A stretch of 64,000 bases of DNA from Candidatus Hydrogenedentota bacterium (GTDB lineage: Bacteria; Hydrogenedentota; Hydrogenedentia; Hydrogenedentales; SLHB01). Below, in pieces: positions 29,460-39,128 of the stretch (its first letter is position 1; the number at the start of each line of letters is the position of its first letter). The notes beneath the pieces are model-generated. The model ran no database searches and was not told the origin of the DNA. It saw only the letters and a program-made list of their open reading frames with translations. Location: the NCBI GenBank assembly GCA_963745075.1, contig CAVUWV010000021.1:64001-128000 (forward strand), read 5' to 3'. The position numbers and the translations under genes are program-made.

Positions 29460-30776
29460 TTGAGCACGAGAGGAATACGGTGGTTATACGGCGAATTGCC
29501 GGCGCTCGTTGAAGGAGGGGTGTTGACCGCGGACGCCGCCGAGCGCTTGCGAGCGCATTATGGCGAATCGCCCGATTCCAACCGGCTTCCCATAGCGTTG
29601 ATCGTCTGCAGTGTGCTGGGCGCAACGCTGATCGGCCTCGGCATCATTTTGGTACTCGCCCACAATTGGGAGTTCTTTTCGCGGGCGCAGCGAACGGTCC
29701 TGTCCTTCGGCCCACTTGCAGCGGGGCAGATACTGGTTGGCTACACCTTGTGGCGAAACCCCAAGTCCGTGGCATGGTGCGAAGGTTCCGGGACCTTCCT
29801 GGCGCTGAGCGTCGGAGCCTCTATCGCGCTGATCGGCCAAACCTACCAAGTACCGGGGGACTTCGGCGCGTTCATGCTGACCTGGGCACTGCTCGGGCTA
29901 CCATTGGTATATCTGCTGAACGCGAGCGTGCCCGCGGTGCTGTATATGGCTGCGATTACGGCGTGGGCGGGATATCAACAGGACCGGCACGGTTACGCGG
30001 AAGCGTTTTGGCCGCTGGCGCTGCTGATCGTGCCGCACATCTGGATCGCGTTTCGGCGGGACGCGTATGGCATTCGTTCCACGTGGCTTTCATGGGCGGG
30101 CGCAATCACGCTTTGTATTGCGACGGGGATTTCGTTGGAGAAGTCTCTGCCGGGTCTTTGGATCGTTATCTATTCGAGCCTTTTCACCCTCCTGTATCTT
30201 GCGGGCGTCATTTGGGCGGGACCATCGCATGCGTTCTGGCGCCGGCCCCTGAGGACGGCCGGTGGCCTGGGAATCGTCGGGATGGCGATCCTCTTGAGCT
30301 ACGAATGGCCCTGGGAACAAATCGGCTGGAGCCATTACCGGACCGGGGCCGAATTCGACACGATCGGCAACATCACGGATCTGGTGCTCCTCGCGGTGTT
30401 TTTTGCGGGCGCAATCGTGATGCTGGGAAGAACGTTGCGGAGCTTCCACAAGCTCAGCGCCGTTCTCGGGATAGCGCCCGTCGTTGCGCTCGTAGCGTAC
30501 GTATTCAGCGCAACGGCCGACGCGCCGGTCCCGGCACAAGTGCTGTATAACGGCTACGTTCTGGTGTTGGGGGTCGGAATCACCCTGATCGGGTTGCAGA
30601 AAGAACGTCTGGGGACTCTGAATCTCGGGCTCTTCATCCTTATGGTCTGGATCACGGCCCGATTCTTTGATAGCGATTTGGATTTTGTGACACGGGGTCT
30701 GGTGTTCATCGTATTAGGCGTCGGGTTTCTTACGGCAAACCTGTTCATGCTGCGGCGCCGGAGGAAGCAGGCATGA
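29460..30776 (+). CDS. DUF2157 domain membrane protein
   Basis: WLYGELPALVEGGVLTADAAERLRAHY, GIILVLAHNW, GASIALIGQTYQ; many TM helices. Confidence 0.85.
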   Translation: MSTRGIRWLYGELPALVEGGVLTADAAERLRAHYGESPDSNRLPIALIVCSVLGATLIGLGIILVLAHNWEFFSRAQRTVLSFGPLAAGQILVGYTLWRNPKSVAWCEGSGTFLALSVGASIALIGQTYQVPGDFGAFMLTWALLGLPLVYLLNASVPAVLYMAAITAWAGYQQDRHGYAEAFWPLALLIVPHIWIAFRRDAYGIRSTWLSWAGAITLCIATGISLEKSLPGLWIVIYSSLFTLLYLAGVIWAGPSHAFWRRPLRTAGGLGIVGMAILLSYEWPWEQIGWSHYRTGAEFDTIGNITDLVLLAVFFAGAIVMLGRTLRSFHKLSAVLGIAPVVALVAYVFSATADAPVPAQVLYNGYVLVLGVGITLIGLQKERLGTLNLGLFILMVWITARFFDSDLDFVTRGLVFIVLGVGFLTANLFMLRRRRKQA

Positions 30777-31354
30777 GTGCACGTATTCGACTGGGCCTCT
30801 TCGCTGTCGTTGCTATCGCGCAGCTTGCAATACCCGCGCGCATGATCCTCTCGCGCGAGACGGTCTTACATCAGGGCACGCTGTACAAGTTTCACACGCA
30901 ACCGGTCGATCCGAACGATCCGTTCCGCGGACGATACGTTCGTATCAGTGTCGAGACGAATCCAATACCGATTCCGGAGGGCTGGCAGCACGACAACGAC
31001 GCTCCGGTTTACGCCGTGCTCGGCGCCGACGAGGAGGGGTTCGCAATTATCAAAGACGTTCGCTCGGAACCCCCCGAAATCGGGGATTACATCCGCGCCG
31101 ATATGGTCCGGGTAGACGATTTCGCGGAGACGATCACCGTGAACCTTCCGATTGACCGGTATTACATGAACGAATGGTCCGCGCCGGAGGCCGAGCGCGC
31201 CTATTGGGACAACAGCCGGATTGCAAACAAGAATGCCTATGTGACGGTGCGCGTGCTCGACGGCGAAGCCGTCGTTGAAGGGCTTTACATCGGCGATCAG
31301 CCGATCGAAGATTACATGAAGAACATGGCCGCAACCAAAGGAGGGAACCCGTGA
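30773..31354 (+). CDS. GDYXXLXY-domain protein
   Basis: [22 protein letters not shown]; usual partner of DUF2157. Confidence 0.85.
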   Translation: MSARIRLGLFAVVAIAQLAIPARMILSRETVLHQGTLYKFHTQPVDPNDPFRGRYVRISVETNPIPIPEGWQHDNDAPVYAVLGADEEGFAIIKDVRSEPPEIGDYIRADMVRVDDFAETITVNLPIDRYYMNEWSAPEAERAYWDNSRIANKNAYVTVRVLDGEAVVEGLYIGDQPIEDYMKNMAATKGGNP

Positions 31355-32367
31355 TGAGTACATTGATGCACGACAAACGCGTTCTGGTCCTGGGTGGGCT
31401 CGGCTTTATTGGAAGCAACCTTGCGTTGAAATGTCTCGAAAACGGCGCTCGGGTCACCGTGTACGATTCGTTGATGGATCACGGCGGCGGCAACATCGCC
31501 AATCTCGACCAACACCCCTCGATTCGCGTCGTGATCAACGACATACGCGACGTTCATCTCGTCGACAAGGCGATTCGCAATCAGGATTACATCTTCAATT
31601 GCGCGGGGCACACCTCGCACGCGTATTCCATGCGCGATCCCTATCTCGATGTGAACATCAATTGCATCGGCTCCATGAACGTGCTGGAGGGGGTCCGCAA
31701 AGCAAATCCGAAGGCGCGTGTGGTGTACGTGGGCACAAGCACCCAGTGCGGACCCATGCAACAGTCGCCCATGACCGAACTGCATCCCGAGTATCCGCTG
31801 GATATCTACTCCGCGAACAAGAGCGTCGCGGAAAAGTACCATCTCATTTACCACCGCGCGCACGGACTTCGGACCTCGGTCGTCCGTCTCGCCAATGTGT
31901 ACGGTCCGCGCGCCAACATCCGCAGCAGCGACGCCGGCGTGTTGAATTACTTCATCGGCCTCGCATTGCAAGGCCAGGATTTGACGGTCTACGGCGAAGG
32001 CACGCAACGCCGCAACGTGATGTACGTGGACGACTGCGTCGATGCCCTGATCAAAGTGGCGCTGGACGAGAAGACGGAAGGAGAGGTCCTGTTCGCGGCC
32101 GGCGACACGGAACATACGATCGCCGAGTTCGCGGAGATGGTCGTTGACGTTATGGGCGCGGGCGGCGTCAAACACGTGCCGTGGCCGGAGGATTGGAAGC
32201 CCATGGACGTCGGCGACGTGTCCATCTCCAACGAGAAGATCCGCGCAATGCTCCATTGGATACCGACCGTTCCGCTTCGAGACGGACTCGCGCGCACGAA
32301 AGCGTTCTTCGAGGAGCGGCTCCCCACGTATCTCGGCGAACGCCGCTGGGGCGTGATGGTGCATTGA
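31351..32367 (+). CDS. NAD-dependent epimerase/dehydratase (extended SDR)
   Basis: [34 protein letters not shown]. Confidence 0.9.
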   Translation: MMSTLMHDKRVLVLGGLGFIGSNLALKCLENGARVTVYDSLMDHGGGNIANLDQHPSIRVVINDIRDVHLVDKAIRNQDYIFNCAGHTSHAYSMRDPYLDVNINCIGSMNVLEGVRKANPKARVVYVGTSTQCGPMQQSPMTELHPEYPLDIYSANKSVAEKYHLIYHRAHGLRTSVVRLANVYGPRANIRSSDAGVLNYFIGLALQGQDLTVYGEGTQRRNVMYVDDCVDALIKVALDEKTEGEVLFAAGDTEHTIAEFAEMVVDVMGAGGVKHVPWPEDWKPMDVGDVSISNEKIRAMLHWIPTVPLRDGLARTKAFFEERLPTYLGERRWGVMVH

Positions 32368-32425
32368 CTGGAAACGTCCGCCGGAATGGTTTCATTCATT
32401 CCGGCGGACGTATCGCTTCAATCCA

Positions 32426-33580
32426 TCAAGCCACGGACACCTCCACCGTCCGGCGGATGATATCCACCAGATCTTTGTCTGACACCGCGCCATTCCGATC
32501 CTGGGCGACGGCGATGAATTCGCGGTAGACGGCATCGCCAACACCATTCGACAGGTCAAAACCCATCTCACGGGCTTTGAATTCGATGGCGCGCCGGCCG
32601 GAACTGGCCGTCAGCACAAAGCGATGGCCGGGCACACCAACCATCACCGGCGGCACGAACTCGTAGCAGACGGGATCTTTAATGATGCCGTCCTGGTGAA
32701 TGCCGGAACTGTGGGCGAAGGCGTTATCACCCACCACGGCACGGTTCGGCTGAACCGGGACGCCCGTGATTTCGGATACGCGCCGGCTCAACGTGGCCAT
32801 TCGAGTCAGGTCCAAACCCGTCTGGGCGATCCCCTTCAGGGCGCATACGACACCCACCTGCTCCACAGCCGTGTTGCCGGCGCGTTCACCGATTCCGTTG
32901 ACGGTCACCTCGACTTGTCCCGCGCCGGCTTGGATGGCCGCGACGGAGTTGGCCGTGGCCATGCCCATGTCGTCGTGACAATGGGCGCAGACCATCGCGG
33001 CGCCGTCGACATAACGCACGACGTCGTCGATGATTTCCGCGTATTCGACGGGTACCGCGCATCCAACCGTATCGGGGATGTTGATCCGTGTCGCGCCGGC
33101 ATTGATCGCGGTCTCGACACATTGCCGCAGAAATACGCGCTCCGTGCGCGTGGCATCTTCGGCGCTGAATTGGACCACCTCGACCCGCTCACGAGCACGC
33201 GACACGACGCGTTCGATGGCACGGATGGCCTGCGCGCGCGTCATGCGCAGCTTACGGGCCAGGTGGATGTCGGATACGCCCAAGAACACGTGAACGACCG
33301 GATGGACCGCTCGCGACACCGCTTCACACGCAGCGTCGACGTCACCGGGAACACACCGTGCCAATGCCGCGACTTCGCACCGTTGAACCACGCGGGCCAC
33401 TTCAGACACGGCGGCCTTGTCGCCGGGCGAAGACGCGGGGAACCCCGCCTCGATGGTGGCGACCCCGAAGTCTTCCAACATCCGGGCCACTTCCACTTTG
33501 TATTCGGACGGGATGTGCACGCCGGGGGTTTGCTCCCCGTCGCGCAGGGTTGTATCGAAAATTCGCACTTGAACGGACAT
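32426..33580 (-). CDS. leuA: 2-isopropylmalate synthase, short form lacking the regulatory domain
   Basis: DTTLRDGEQ, EAGFP, FSAEDATR, PDTVG, HCHDD, GIGERAGN, HSSGIHQDG; 384 aa; Leu-rich attenuator upstream. Confidence 0.85.
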   Translation of the reverse strand: MSVQVRIFDTTLRDGEQTPGVHIPSEYKVEVARMLEDFGVATIEAGFPASSPGDKAAVSEVARVVQRCEVAALARCVPGDVDAACEAVSRAVHPVVHVFLGVSDIHLARKLRMTRAQAIRAIERVVSRARERVEVVQFSAEDATRTERVFLRQCVETAINAGATRINIPDTVGCAVPVEYAEIIDDVVRYVDGAAMVCAHCHDDMGMATANSVAAIQAGAGQVEVTVNGIGERAGNTAVEQVGVVCALKGIAQTGLDLTRMATLSRRVSEITGVPVQPNRAVVGDNAFAHSSGIHQDGIIKDPVCYEFVPPVMVGVPGHRFVLTASSGRRAIEFKAREMGFDLSNGVGDAVYREFIAVAQDRNGAVSDKDLVDIIRRTVEVSVA

Positions 33581-33716
33581 GACTTGTCTCCTTTGCGTAA
33601 CGTTTGCTTTGTTGAAAACTCACCGAATACGCAAAGCTTCAAGCGCCTGGACAGCGGAAACTACCTGAGCCCCATGTCCATAAGACATCACCTCCTTTCG
33701 AGCGCCCTCATGGCGC

Positions 33717-33753
33717 AAAAAAAGGAGGCCGCGAGCATCTGGCTCGCGGCCTC
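33717..33753 (-). terminator. Attenuator terminator of leuA
   Basis: GAGGCCGCGAGC-CAGAT-GCTCGCGGCCTC (12-bp stem) followed by C and a U7 tract. Confidence 0.88.
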
Positions 33754-33781
33754 TACCTAAAACCCTATGTGGGGAAGTTAC

Positions 33782-33868
33782 TTAGGAAATTCGAGGCACA
33801 CCGAGCCCGCTATCCTCCAGGAGGAGGAGTGGGAGAAGCAGGCTCTCGATATGGCTCGAATTACACAT
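33782..33868 (-). CDS. leuL: Leucine attenuator leader peptide
   Basis: MCNSSHIESLLLPLLLLEDSGLGVPRIS*, with 7 Leu in 8 codons; stop is about 30 nt before the terminator. Confidence 0.8.
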   Translation of the reverse strand: MCNSSHIESLLLPLLLLEDSGLGVPRIS

Positions 33869-33889
33869 AATAGAATTTACCTTGGCGCA

Positions 33890-33918
33890 AGTGTACCACG
33901 GCAGCGGCCGGATTGCAA
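33890..33918 (-). promoter_or_regulatory. Sigma70 promoter of the leu leader
   Basis: TTGCAA-N17-TACACT with TG extension. Confidence 0.7.
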
Positions 33919-33933
33919 CCGCGGCTGCACCGC

Positions 33934-35571
33934 TTACTCCGTCTTCATCGGTGTGAAGACCATAGGCGGCATGTAGACGCCGACGAGTTCCCGCCGCCAC
34001 CAGTTGCCGGTTTCGCGCTTGGTCTTCAAATCCGTGAAGTGGTACTGGTAGAGCATCGCCCGAATCTCTTTCGGAGGTTGATCGGGGAACGGATTGTCTT
34101 TCAATAACCCCAAGACTGCCTTGTCTCCTTCGAGGAGGCGATAGCAGAAGTTGAGAAACCAGTTGGGCGGACGCTGTCGCAGGGCCGCGAACCACATCTG
34201 CCAGTCCAGTCGCGGTTGGAATGGGGCAATTCGCCGTGGCGCCTCGTCCAACGCGTCCGGTTTGTACTTGAAATTGTATGCCTTCCAATGAACCCCGTCG
34301 TCGCTTCCTTCGATGATGATCTCGGGCCGCGTTGTCGTCATGTGGGCAAAGAGGCCGTACCGGTTGGCGATGTAGAAGGGGAACATGCGCTGCTCCAAGG
34401 GAAACAACAATGGCGGCGGGCCGGACGATTTCGGGAGCAACTGCGCGATCTGGGAGCCCGTAATCACGGCGATCAGTACGGCAACTCCGCCCATGATCAG
34501 TTTCCGGTAGAGCGGCAGCGGCCGAATGAACTCGGGCGGATTCAGCCATGCAATGAAGCGCTTCGGCAACATGACCTTCCAGTGCCGGTCGTCGAGCAGC
34601 AAGAGGCACAGAGCGATGGTGAGCAGGTTGAAGAACGTGAAGTTGCCCGTCGCGACAATCAGAAGCTGGAAGCCGATGAGAATCCCCGCGGCTACGCCGC
34701 GAATGCTACGGGGCGCCAGCATGAGAAACGGCACGAACAGTTCGATGCCGAACATACCGACCACAGACACTTTCTGAAACCATTCCGGAAGGTGCGCGGC
34801 GTACCAGCCGATCGTGGTGGGCAGGGGTTGGGTTTCGTAGTGGTAGTCCAGGGCCGTCAAATTGCGCCAGTTCGCGTCGGCAAGCTTGACGACACCGGAC
34901 ATGAACATGAGGCGGAACAAGAGCCAGCGCAACAGCAGGAGCATGACGCGAGAATGAACGTCCTCCTTTGCGAGCTTGGGCCGCCATTGCATGGGAGCGA
35001 AGAAGATCGCGAGAAAGGTGGCTTCCAAGAGCAACGTGTCCCACTGGAAACTGAGAAAGTCCGGGCTAACGGAAACGAATGACAGATACAGGATGTACAG
35101 TGCGGCTAGACACAAGGGCGGCGCGTATCCGACGATGAGCACCAGCGCAAAGAATACCCCCGCGCCGCAGACTGCATGCAAAAACCAATTGCTGTCATTC
35201 AGCCAAAAAATGGTGGGGAGCTTCCAGATGCGTTCGAACCCCGTGCGGTTGCGGATGAAATCGAGCAGCATATACGCAGGCGCAATTCCGCGGCGTCCGA
35301 TCAAGCCGTCGATCTGAACCCAGAGGGAACTGAACGCGACAAGATGGACGATGCCCAGCACCCGCAGGAACATCCAGCGAGTGACGAAGTACCGAGGCGA
35401 GATACCGCCGACGAAGAAATCCCGACGTAAGGCCGTGTGCACCCGCTCGTACAAGGACAGCGTCTCCGGGTGCGCGCGTGGTACCTCGGACGTTTCGGAC
35501 CCGACCCGTTCGCCGGCATTGCCGGACGCCCGAACCTCCGGCGCCGGGATTTCGTGGTCGGATGCGCTCAA
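33934..35571 (-). CDS. Lipase maturation factor (LMF1) family membrane protein
   Basis: FLSFQWDTLLLE, LFRLMFMSGVVK, YHYETQPLP, TGNFTFFN, RPEIIIEGS, PRLDWQMWF; start approximate (TTG at 35571). Confidence 0.9.
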   Translation of the reverse strand: MSASDHEIPAPEVRASGNAGERVGSETSEVPRAHPETLSLYERVHTALRRDFFVGGISPRYFVTRWMFLRVLGIVHLVAFSSLWVQIDGLIGRRGIAPAYMLLDFIRNRTGFERIWKLPTIFWLNDSNWFLHAVCGAGVFFALVLIVGYAPPLCLAALYILYLSFVSVSPDFLSFQWDTLLLEATFLAIFFAPMQWRPKLAKEDVHSRVMLLLLRWLLFRLMFMSGVVKLADANWRNLTALDYHYETQPLPTTIGWYAAHLPEWFQKVSVVGMFGIELFVPFLMLAPRSIRGVAAGILIGFQLLIVATGNFTFFNLLTIALCLLLLDDRHWKVMLPKRFIAWLNPPEFIRPLPLYRKLIMGGVAVLIAVITGSQIAQLLPKSSGPPPLLFPLEQRMFPFYIANRYGLFAHMTTTRPEIIIEGSDDGVHWKAYNFKYKPDALDEAPRRIAPFQPRLDWQMWFAALRQRPPNWFLNFCYRLLEGDKAVLGLLKDNPFPDQPPKEIRAMLYQYHFTDLKTKRETGNWWRRELVGVYMPPMVFTPMKTE

Positions 35572-35751
35572 AACCTTCCCCCCGCTTTCTATCGTACGGT
35601 CAAAGACGGGAGTGTACCACAGCCGGTGGGCCCGTTTGGACCAGGCCAGCACCGCCCACCGATCCAATTTGGAGGGGACCCCGCAACGTGGCACTTCGGG
35701 CACAGAACCTGCTATTCTATGCTCGGTTGTTTGGGGAGGTAGCGGCTTGTG

Positions 35752-36135
35752 ATGTCGAACACACTGACGCAGCAGATTCGCGTTCGGTGCGAAAGTTATT
35801 TCGTGCCGGAACGGTCGAAGCAAAAAGAAGACTTGTACTACTTCGGGTACCGCATTCAAATCACCAACGAAGGCACCGAACCGGCGCAGCTCATCAGCCG
35901 GCACTGGCTCATCACCGACGGACTCGGCCAAATCGAAGAAGTGCGGGGGCCCGGCGTGGTCGGCGAACAGCCGCGGCTGGACCCGGGCGAGACGTTCGAA
36001 TACACCAGCGCCTGTCCGTTGCGCACGCGGTACGGCAACATGCGCGGCGAATACCGCATGGTCAAAGATAACGGTTCGACGTTTCACGCGGACATCGCGC
36101 CCTTTGAAATGATCGTCCCGTCCATTTCGAACTAG
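35752..36135 (+). CDS. apaG: ApaG protein
   Basis: QLISRHWLITD, VRGPGVVGEQP, FEYTSACPL. Confidence 0.95.
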   Translation: MSNTLTQQIRVRCESYFVPERSKQKEDLYYFGYRIQITNEGTEPAQLISRHWLITDGLGQIEEVRGPGVVGEQPRLDPGETFEYTSACPLRTRYGNMRGEYRMVKDNGSTFHADIAPFEMIVPSISN

Positions 36136-36174
36136 CCGTCCCCCATCGCGGGCGGAGTGAGGACTGATTCCCGG

Positions 36175-37059
36175 ATGAAGGTGCGCGTTATCGCCAACCC
36201 TATTTCGGGCGGAGGGAACGGACGCCGCCTGGGTGAGGCCATGCTGACCGCGTTGCAGGGACGCGGCATGGACGCATCGCTGCATATCACCTCGCGTGCC
36301 GGTGAAGCCGGCGAGGTCGCGGCGACCCCGGGCTACGACTGCGTGGTCAGCGTCGGCGGCGATGGCACCACCAACGAAGTCGCAAACGGTGTCGCGGGAT
36401 CGAACACCCTGCTCGCTATCCTTCCCCTGGGCACGGCCAACGTCGTGTCGCGCGAACTCGGAATTCCTCTCAGCGCCGACGCCGTAGCGGACCTCATCGT
36501 CAGCGGCAGCGTTCGCACCATCGACGCGGGCCGGTTCGCCGGACGTTTGTTTTTGCTGGGTACCGGCGCGGGGCCCGATGCGGCCATCGTTTCGGCCATT
36601 CATGCGCGCCGGGGTAAGCGGCTCGGGATTACCGGCTACTTCGCTCCCACGCTCCAGACCTTGTGGCGTTATCCGTGGCCGCACATCCGCGTAATAGTGG
36701 ACGGGGAAGAACTCTGCGACGACGGACACTACGCGATCGTCGGAAACTGCAAATTCTCGGCGGGGGTTTTTCGATTCACGCCCGAAGCGCGGATCGACGA
36801 TGGTTTGTTGGATGTCTGTGTGATGCGAAATCTTTCCATGCTCCGGCTGGCGGCGCACGCCATCGCTTCGTGGCGGCCACGGTTCACCTCGCGCAAGAAC
36901 GTCCTGTACCGGCGCGGGAAACGTATCGTCTTCGAGTCGGCTGATTCACAATCGATGCCCCTACAGGTCGACGGCGATCCCGCGGGCACACTTCCGGCTG
37001 AATTCGAGGTGCAGGAAGCGGCGTTACGCGTTGTGGCCCCGATCAAGCGGAACCTGTAG
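36175..37059 (+). CDS. Diacylglycerol/lipid kinase family (YegS/DagK-like)
   Basis: NPISGGG, GGDGTTNEVANG, PLGTAN, DDGLLDV, QVDGD. Confidence 0.9.
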   Translation: MKVRVIANPISGGGNGRRLGEAMLTALQGRGMDASLHITSRAGEAGEVAATPGYDCVVSVGGDGTTNEVANGVAGSNTLLAILPLGTANVVSRELGIPLSADAVADLIVSGSVRTIDAGRFAGRLFLLGTGAGPDAAIVSAIHARRGKRLGITGYFAPTLQTLWRYPWPHIRVIVDGEELCDDGHYAIVGNCKFSAGVFRFTPEARIDDGLLDVCVMRNLSMLRLAAHAIASWRPRFTSRKNVLYRRGKRIVFESADSQSMPLQVDGDPAGTLPAEFEVQEAALRVVAPIKRNL

Positions 37060-37083
37060 CCTCGCTCACTAGCCCCAGCCTAG

Positions 37084-38606
37084 CAGCCCGTGGTAAAAGT
37101 CGCTTATCGCCAATTTTTTCTTGACAGATCGTTGGACGTTTGGCACATCGTCATTGTAGCACTGGAGAGGAGAGCGTGCGATGGCGATGGGCGAAGAAAA
37201 ACGGGACCGGCAGGAAACGATGTGGGTGGAGACGAGCTTGTTGCCGCGAGCGCCGGGCCACCCGTTTTACGAGCGGTTGAACGGGGTGCTGAAGAAGCAC
37301 GGTTTCACGCAGTTCGCGGAGGAGGAGTGCAGGCAGTACTACGCGGAGAAGCTGGGGCGGCCGAGTATTCCGCCGACGGTGTACTTCAAGATGCTGTTCA
37401 TCGGTTTCTTCGAAGGGATCGATTCGGAACGAGGGATCGCATGGCGCGTGGCGGACTCGATGGCGCTTCGGGATTTCCTCGGATATGACTTGACCGAAGG
37501 GACTCCGGACCATTCGAGCCTTTCCCGGACGCGGCGCTTGATGAGTTTGGAGACGCACCGGAAGGTGTTTCAATGGGTACTGACGGTGCTGGCCAAAGAA
37601 AAGATACTCAACGGCAAGACGCTGGGCTTTGACGCATCGACTCTGGAAGCGAACGCGGCACTACGCAGTATTGTGCGCCGGGATACGGGCGAGAGCTACG
37701 AGGAGTTCCTGACGCGGCTGGCCCAAGCATCGGGCATCGAGACGCCGACGCGGGCGGACTTGGCCAAGCTGGATAAGAAACGCAAGGGCAAAGGGTCGAA
37801 TAAGGACTGGGAACACCCGTTTGATCCCGACGCACGCATCACCAAGATGAAAGACGGGCGTACGCATCTGGCCCATAAGGCTGAGCACGCCGTGGACCTG
37901 GATAGCGGCGCGCTGGTCGCAGTGACCTTGCAGCCCGCGGACAAAGGCGATCCCGAAACCTTGCGCGAGACGGTGAGAGAAACCGCCGGGAACCTGGCTG
38001 AAGTGGAGCGCGATGAAGAGGCGGCAGACGAATTGGACGAGGACCTCATGAGCGAGGCGGTTCTGGACAAAGGCTACCACAGCAACGAAACATTGATGGT
38101 CCTGGATTTCATTGGTATGCGTTCCTATGCTTCCGAACCGGCCCGTGGCAGACGCGACTGGGAAGGCAAAGACTACGAGCGTTACTGCGTATACGGAAAC
38201 CGGCGGAGGATTCGCGGGAACCGTGGAAAGGCCTTGTTACGCCAGCGCGGGGAAAAGGTCGAACGCACCTTTGCGCACATGTACGAAACCGGCGGCATGC
38301 GACGAACGCATCTGCGCCATCGGGAGAACATCCTGAAACGGGTCCTGATTCACGCCAGCGGATTCAACCTCAGTCTCATCCTGCGCCGCCAACACGGATT
38401 CGGCAAGCCAAGGAGATTGCAGGACGGGTACCGGGTCGCAGAACCGGCCCTTTCTCGTCTGTTTAAGGCGTGCGTGAACACCATACAACGGTTATTCGGC
38501 GTACAAGGCCGCCCAGACAACTTCTGGAATCCCAACCACATCGTGCCGAACGCCACGTGACTCAACTACGAGAGAGAACTCAAAAGATGCCTTTTACCAC
38601 GGGCTG
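37084..38606 (+). mobile_element. Intact IS1182/IS5-like insertion sequence
   Basis: Perfect 16-bp terminal IRs CAGCCCGTGGTAAAAG (37084-37099 and 38591-38606), flanked by CTAG on both sides. Confidence 0.92.
37181..38560 (+). CDS. DDE transposase with DUF772-type N-terminus (IS1182-like)
   Basis: GRPSIPP, GIDSERG, TPDHSSLSRTR, FDASTLEANA, DKGY, VERTFAH. Confidence 0.92.
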   Translation: MAMGEEKRDRQETMWVETSLLPRAPGHPFYERLNGVLKKHGFTQFAEEECRQYYAEKLGRPSIPPTVYFKMLFIGFFEGIDSERGIAWRVADSMALRDFLGYDLTEGTPDHSSLSRTRRLMSLETHRKVFQWVLTVLAKEKILNGKTLGFDASTLEANAALRSIVRRDTGESYEEFLTRLAQASGIETPTRADLAKLDKKRKGKGSNKDWEHPFDPDARITKMKDGRTHLAHKAEHAVDLDSGALVAVTLQPADKGDPETLRETVRETAGNLAEVERDEEAADELDEDLMSEAVLDKGYHSNETLMVLDFIGMRSYASEPARGRRDWEGKDYERYCVYGNRRRIRGNRGKALLRQRGEKVERTFAHMYETGGMRRTHLRHRENILKRVLIHASGFNLSLILRRQHGFGKPRRLQDGYRVAEPALSRLFKACVNTIQRLFGVQGRPDNFWNPNHIVPNAT

Positions 38607-38947
38607 CTAGACTTCTGGTTGTTTCTTCAACCGAACCCATGAACGCCGGGAACAGATCTACAACCTACCAGATAACTGGAGTCAAGTATGATAGCGCGAA
38701 AGGTGTGGGGATATTCCCGGGCGCGGCAGCGGTAGCGTCAAATGTCAGGGAGCGCGCGAGGGAGCTGTCAAATCGAGAACGTTTATCTCGCATGCTGACG
38801 CCAACCAACCGTCCTCGACCGTGACGATTCTTTCACTCACCTGACGTACCGTTTTCGCGATGCATCACGGCAGACTATTTAGATGACACATGGTTACAGA
38901 AATGTCACTTCTCATATATCCCTGATTGCTAGATATGTAAACTGCAC

Positions 38948-38976
38948 TTGACAAGGACTTAGATTGATGTTATTTT
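38948..38976 (+). promoter_or_regulatory. Sigma70-type promoter of the TPR / large surface protein locus
   Basis: TTGACA-N17-TATTTT with TG extension in an AT-rich tract; TGACA-N14-TGTCA inverted repeat upstream (about 38884-38907). Confidence 0.5.
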
Positions 38977-39128
38977 AATGGTGCAGTGGGTTGTTAGATC
39001 TAAAGGGTAACTAGAGATAATTGTTCGCTAAGGGGAGAATGGTGCATGATCGGGCTGCACTGCGGTTCGCTGCGTCGCTGGCCCCCTCCCTGCCCCGGGT
39101 TCTCCGGGAACTTCAAAGGACTTACACC

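Noticed and set aside
35572..36858. N-terminal 430 aa of the 974-aa minus-strand ORF
   Set aside because: Overlaps apaG and the lipid kinase on the opposite strand; LMF similarity begins only near 35.5 kb
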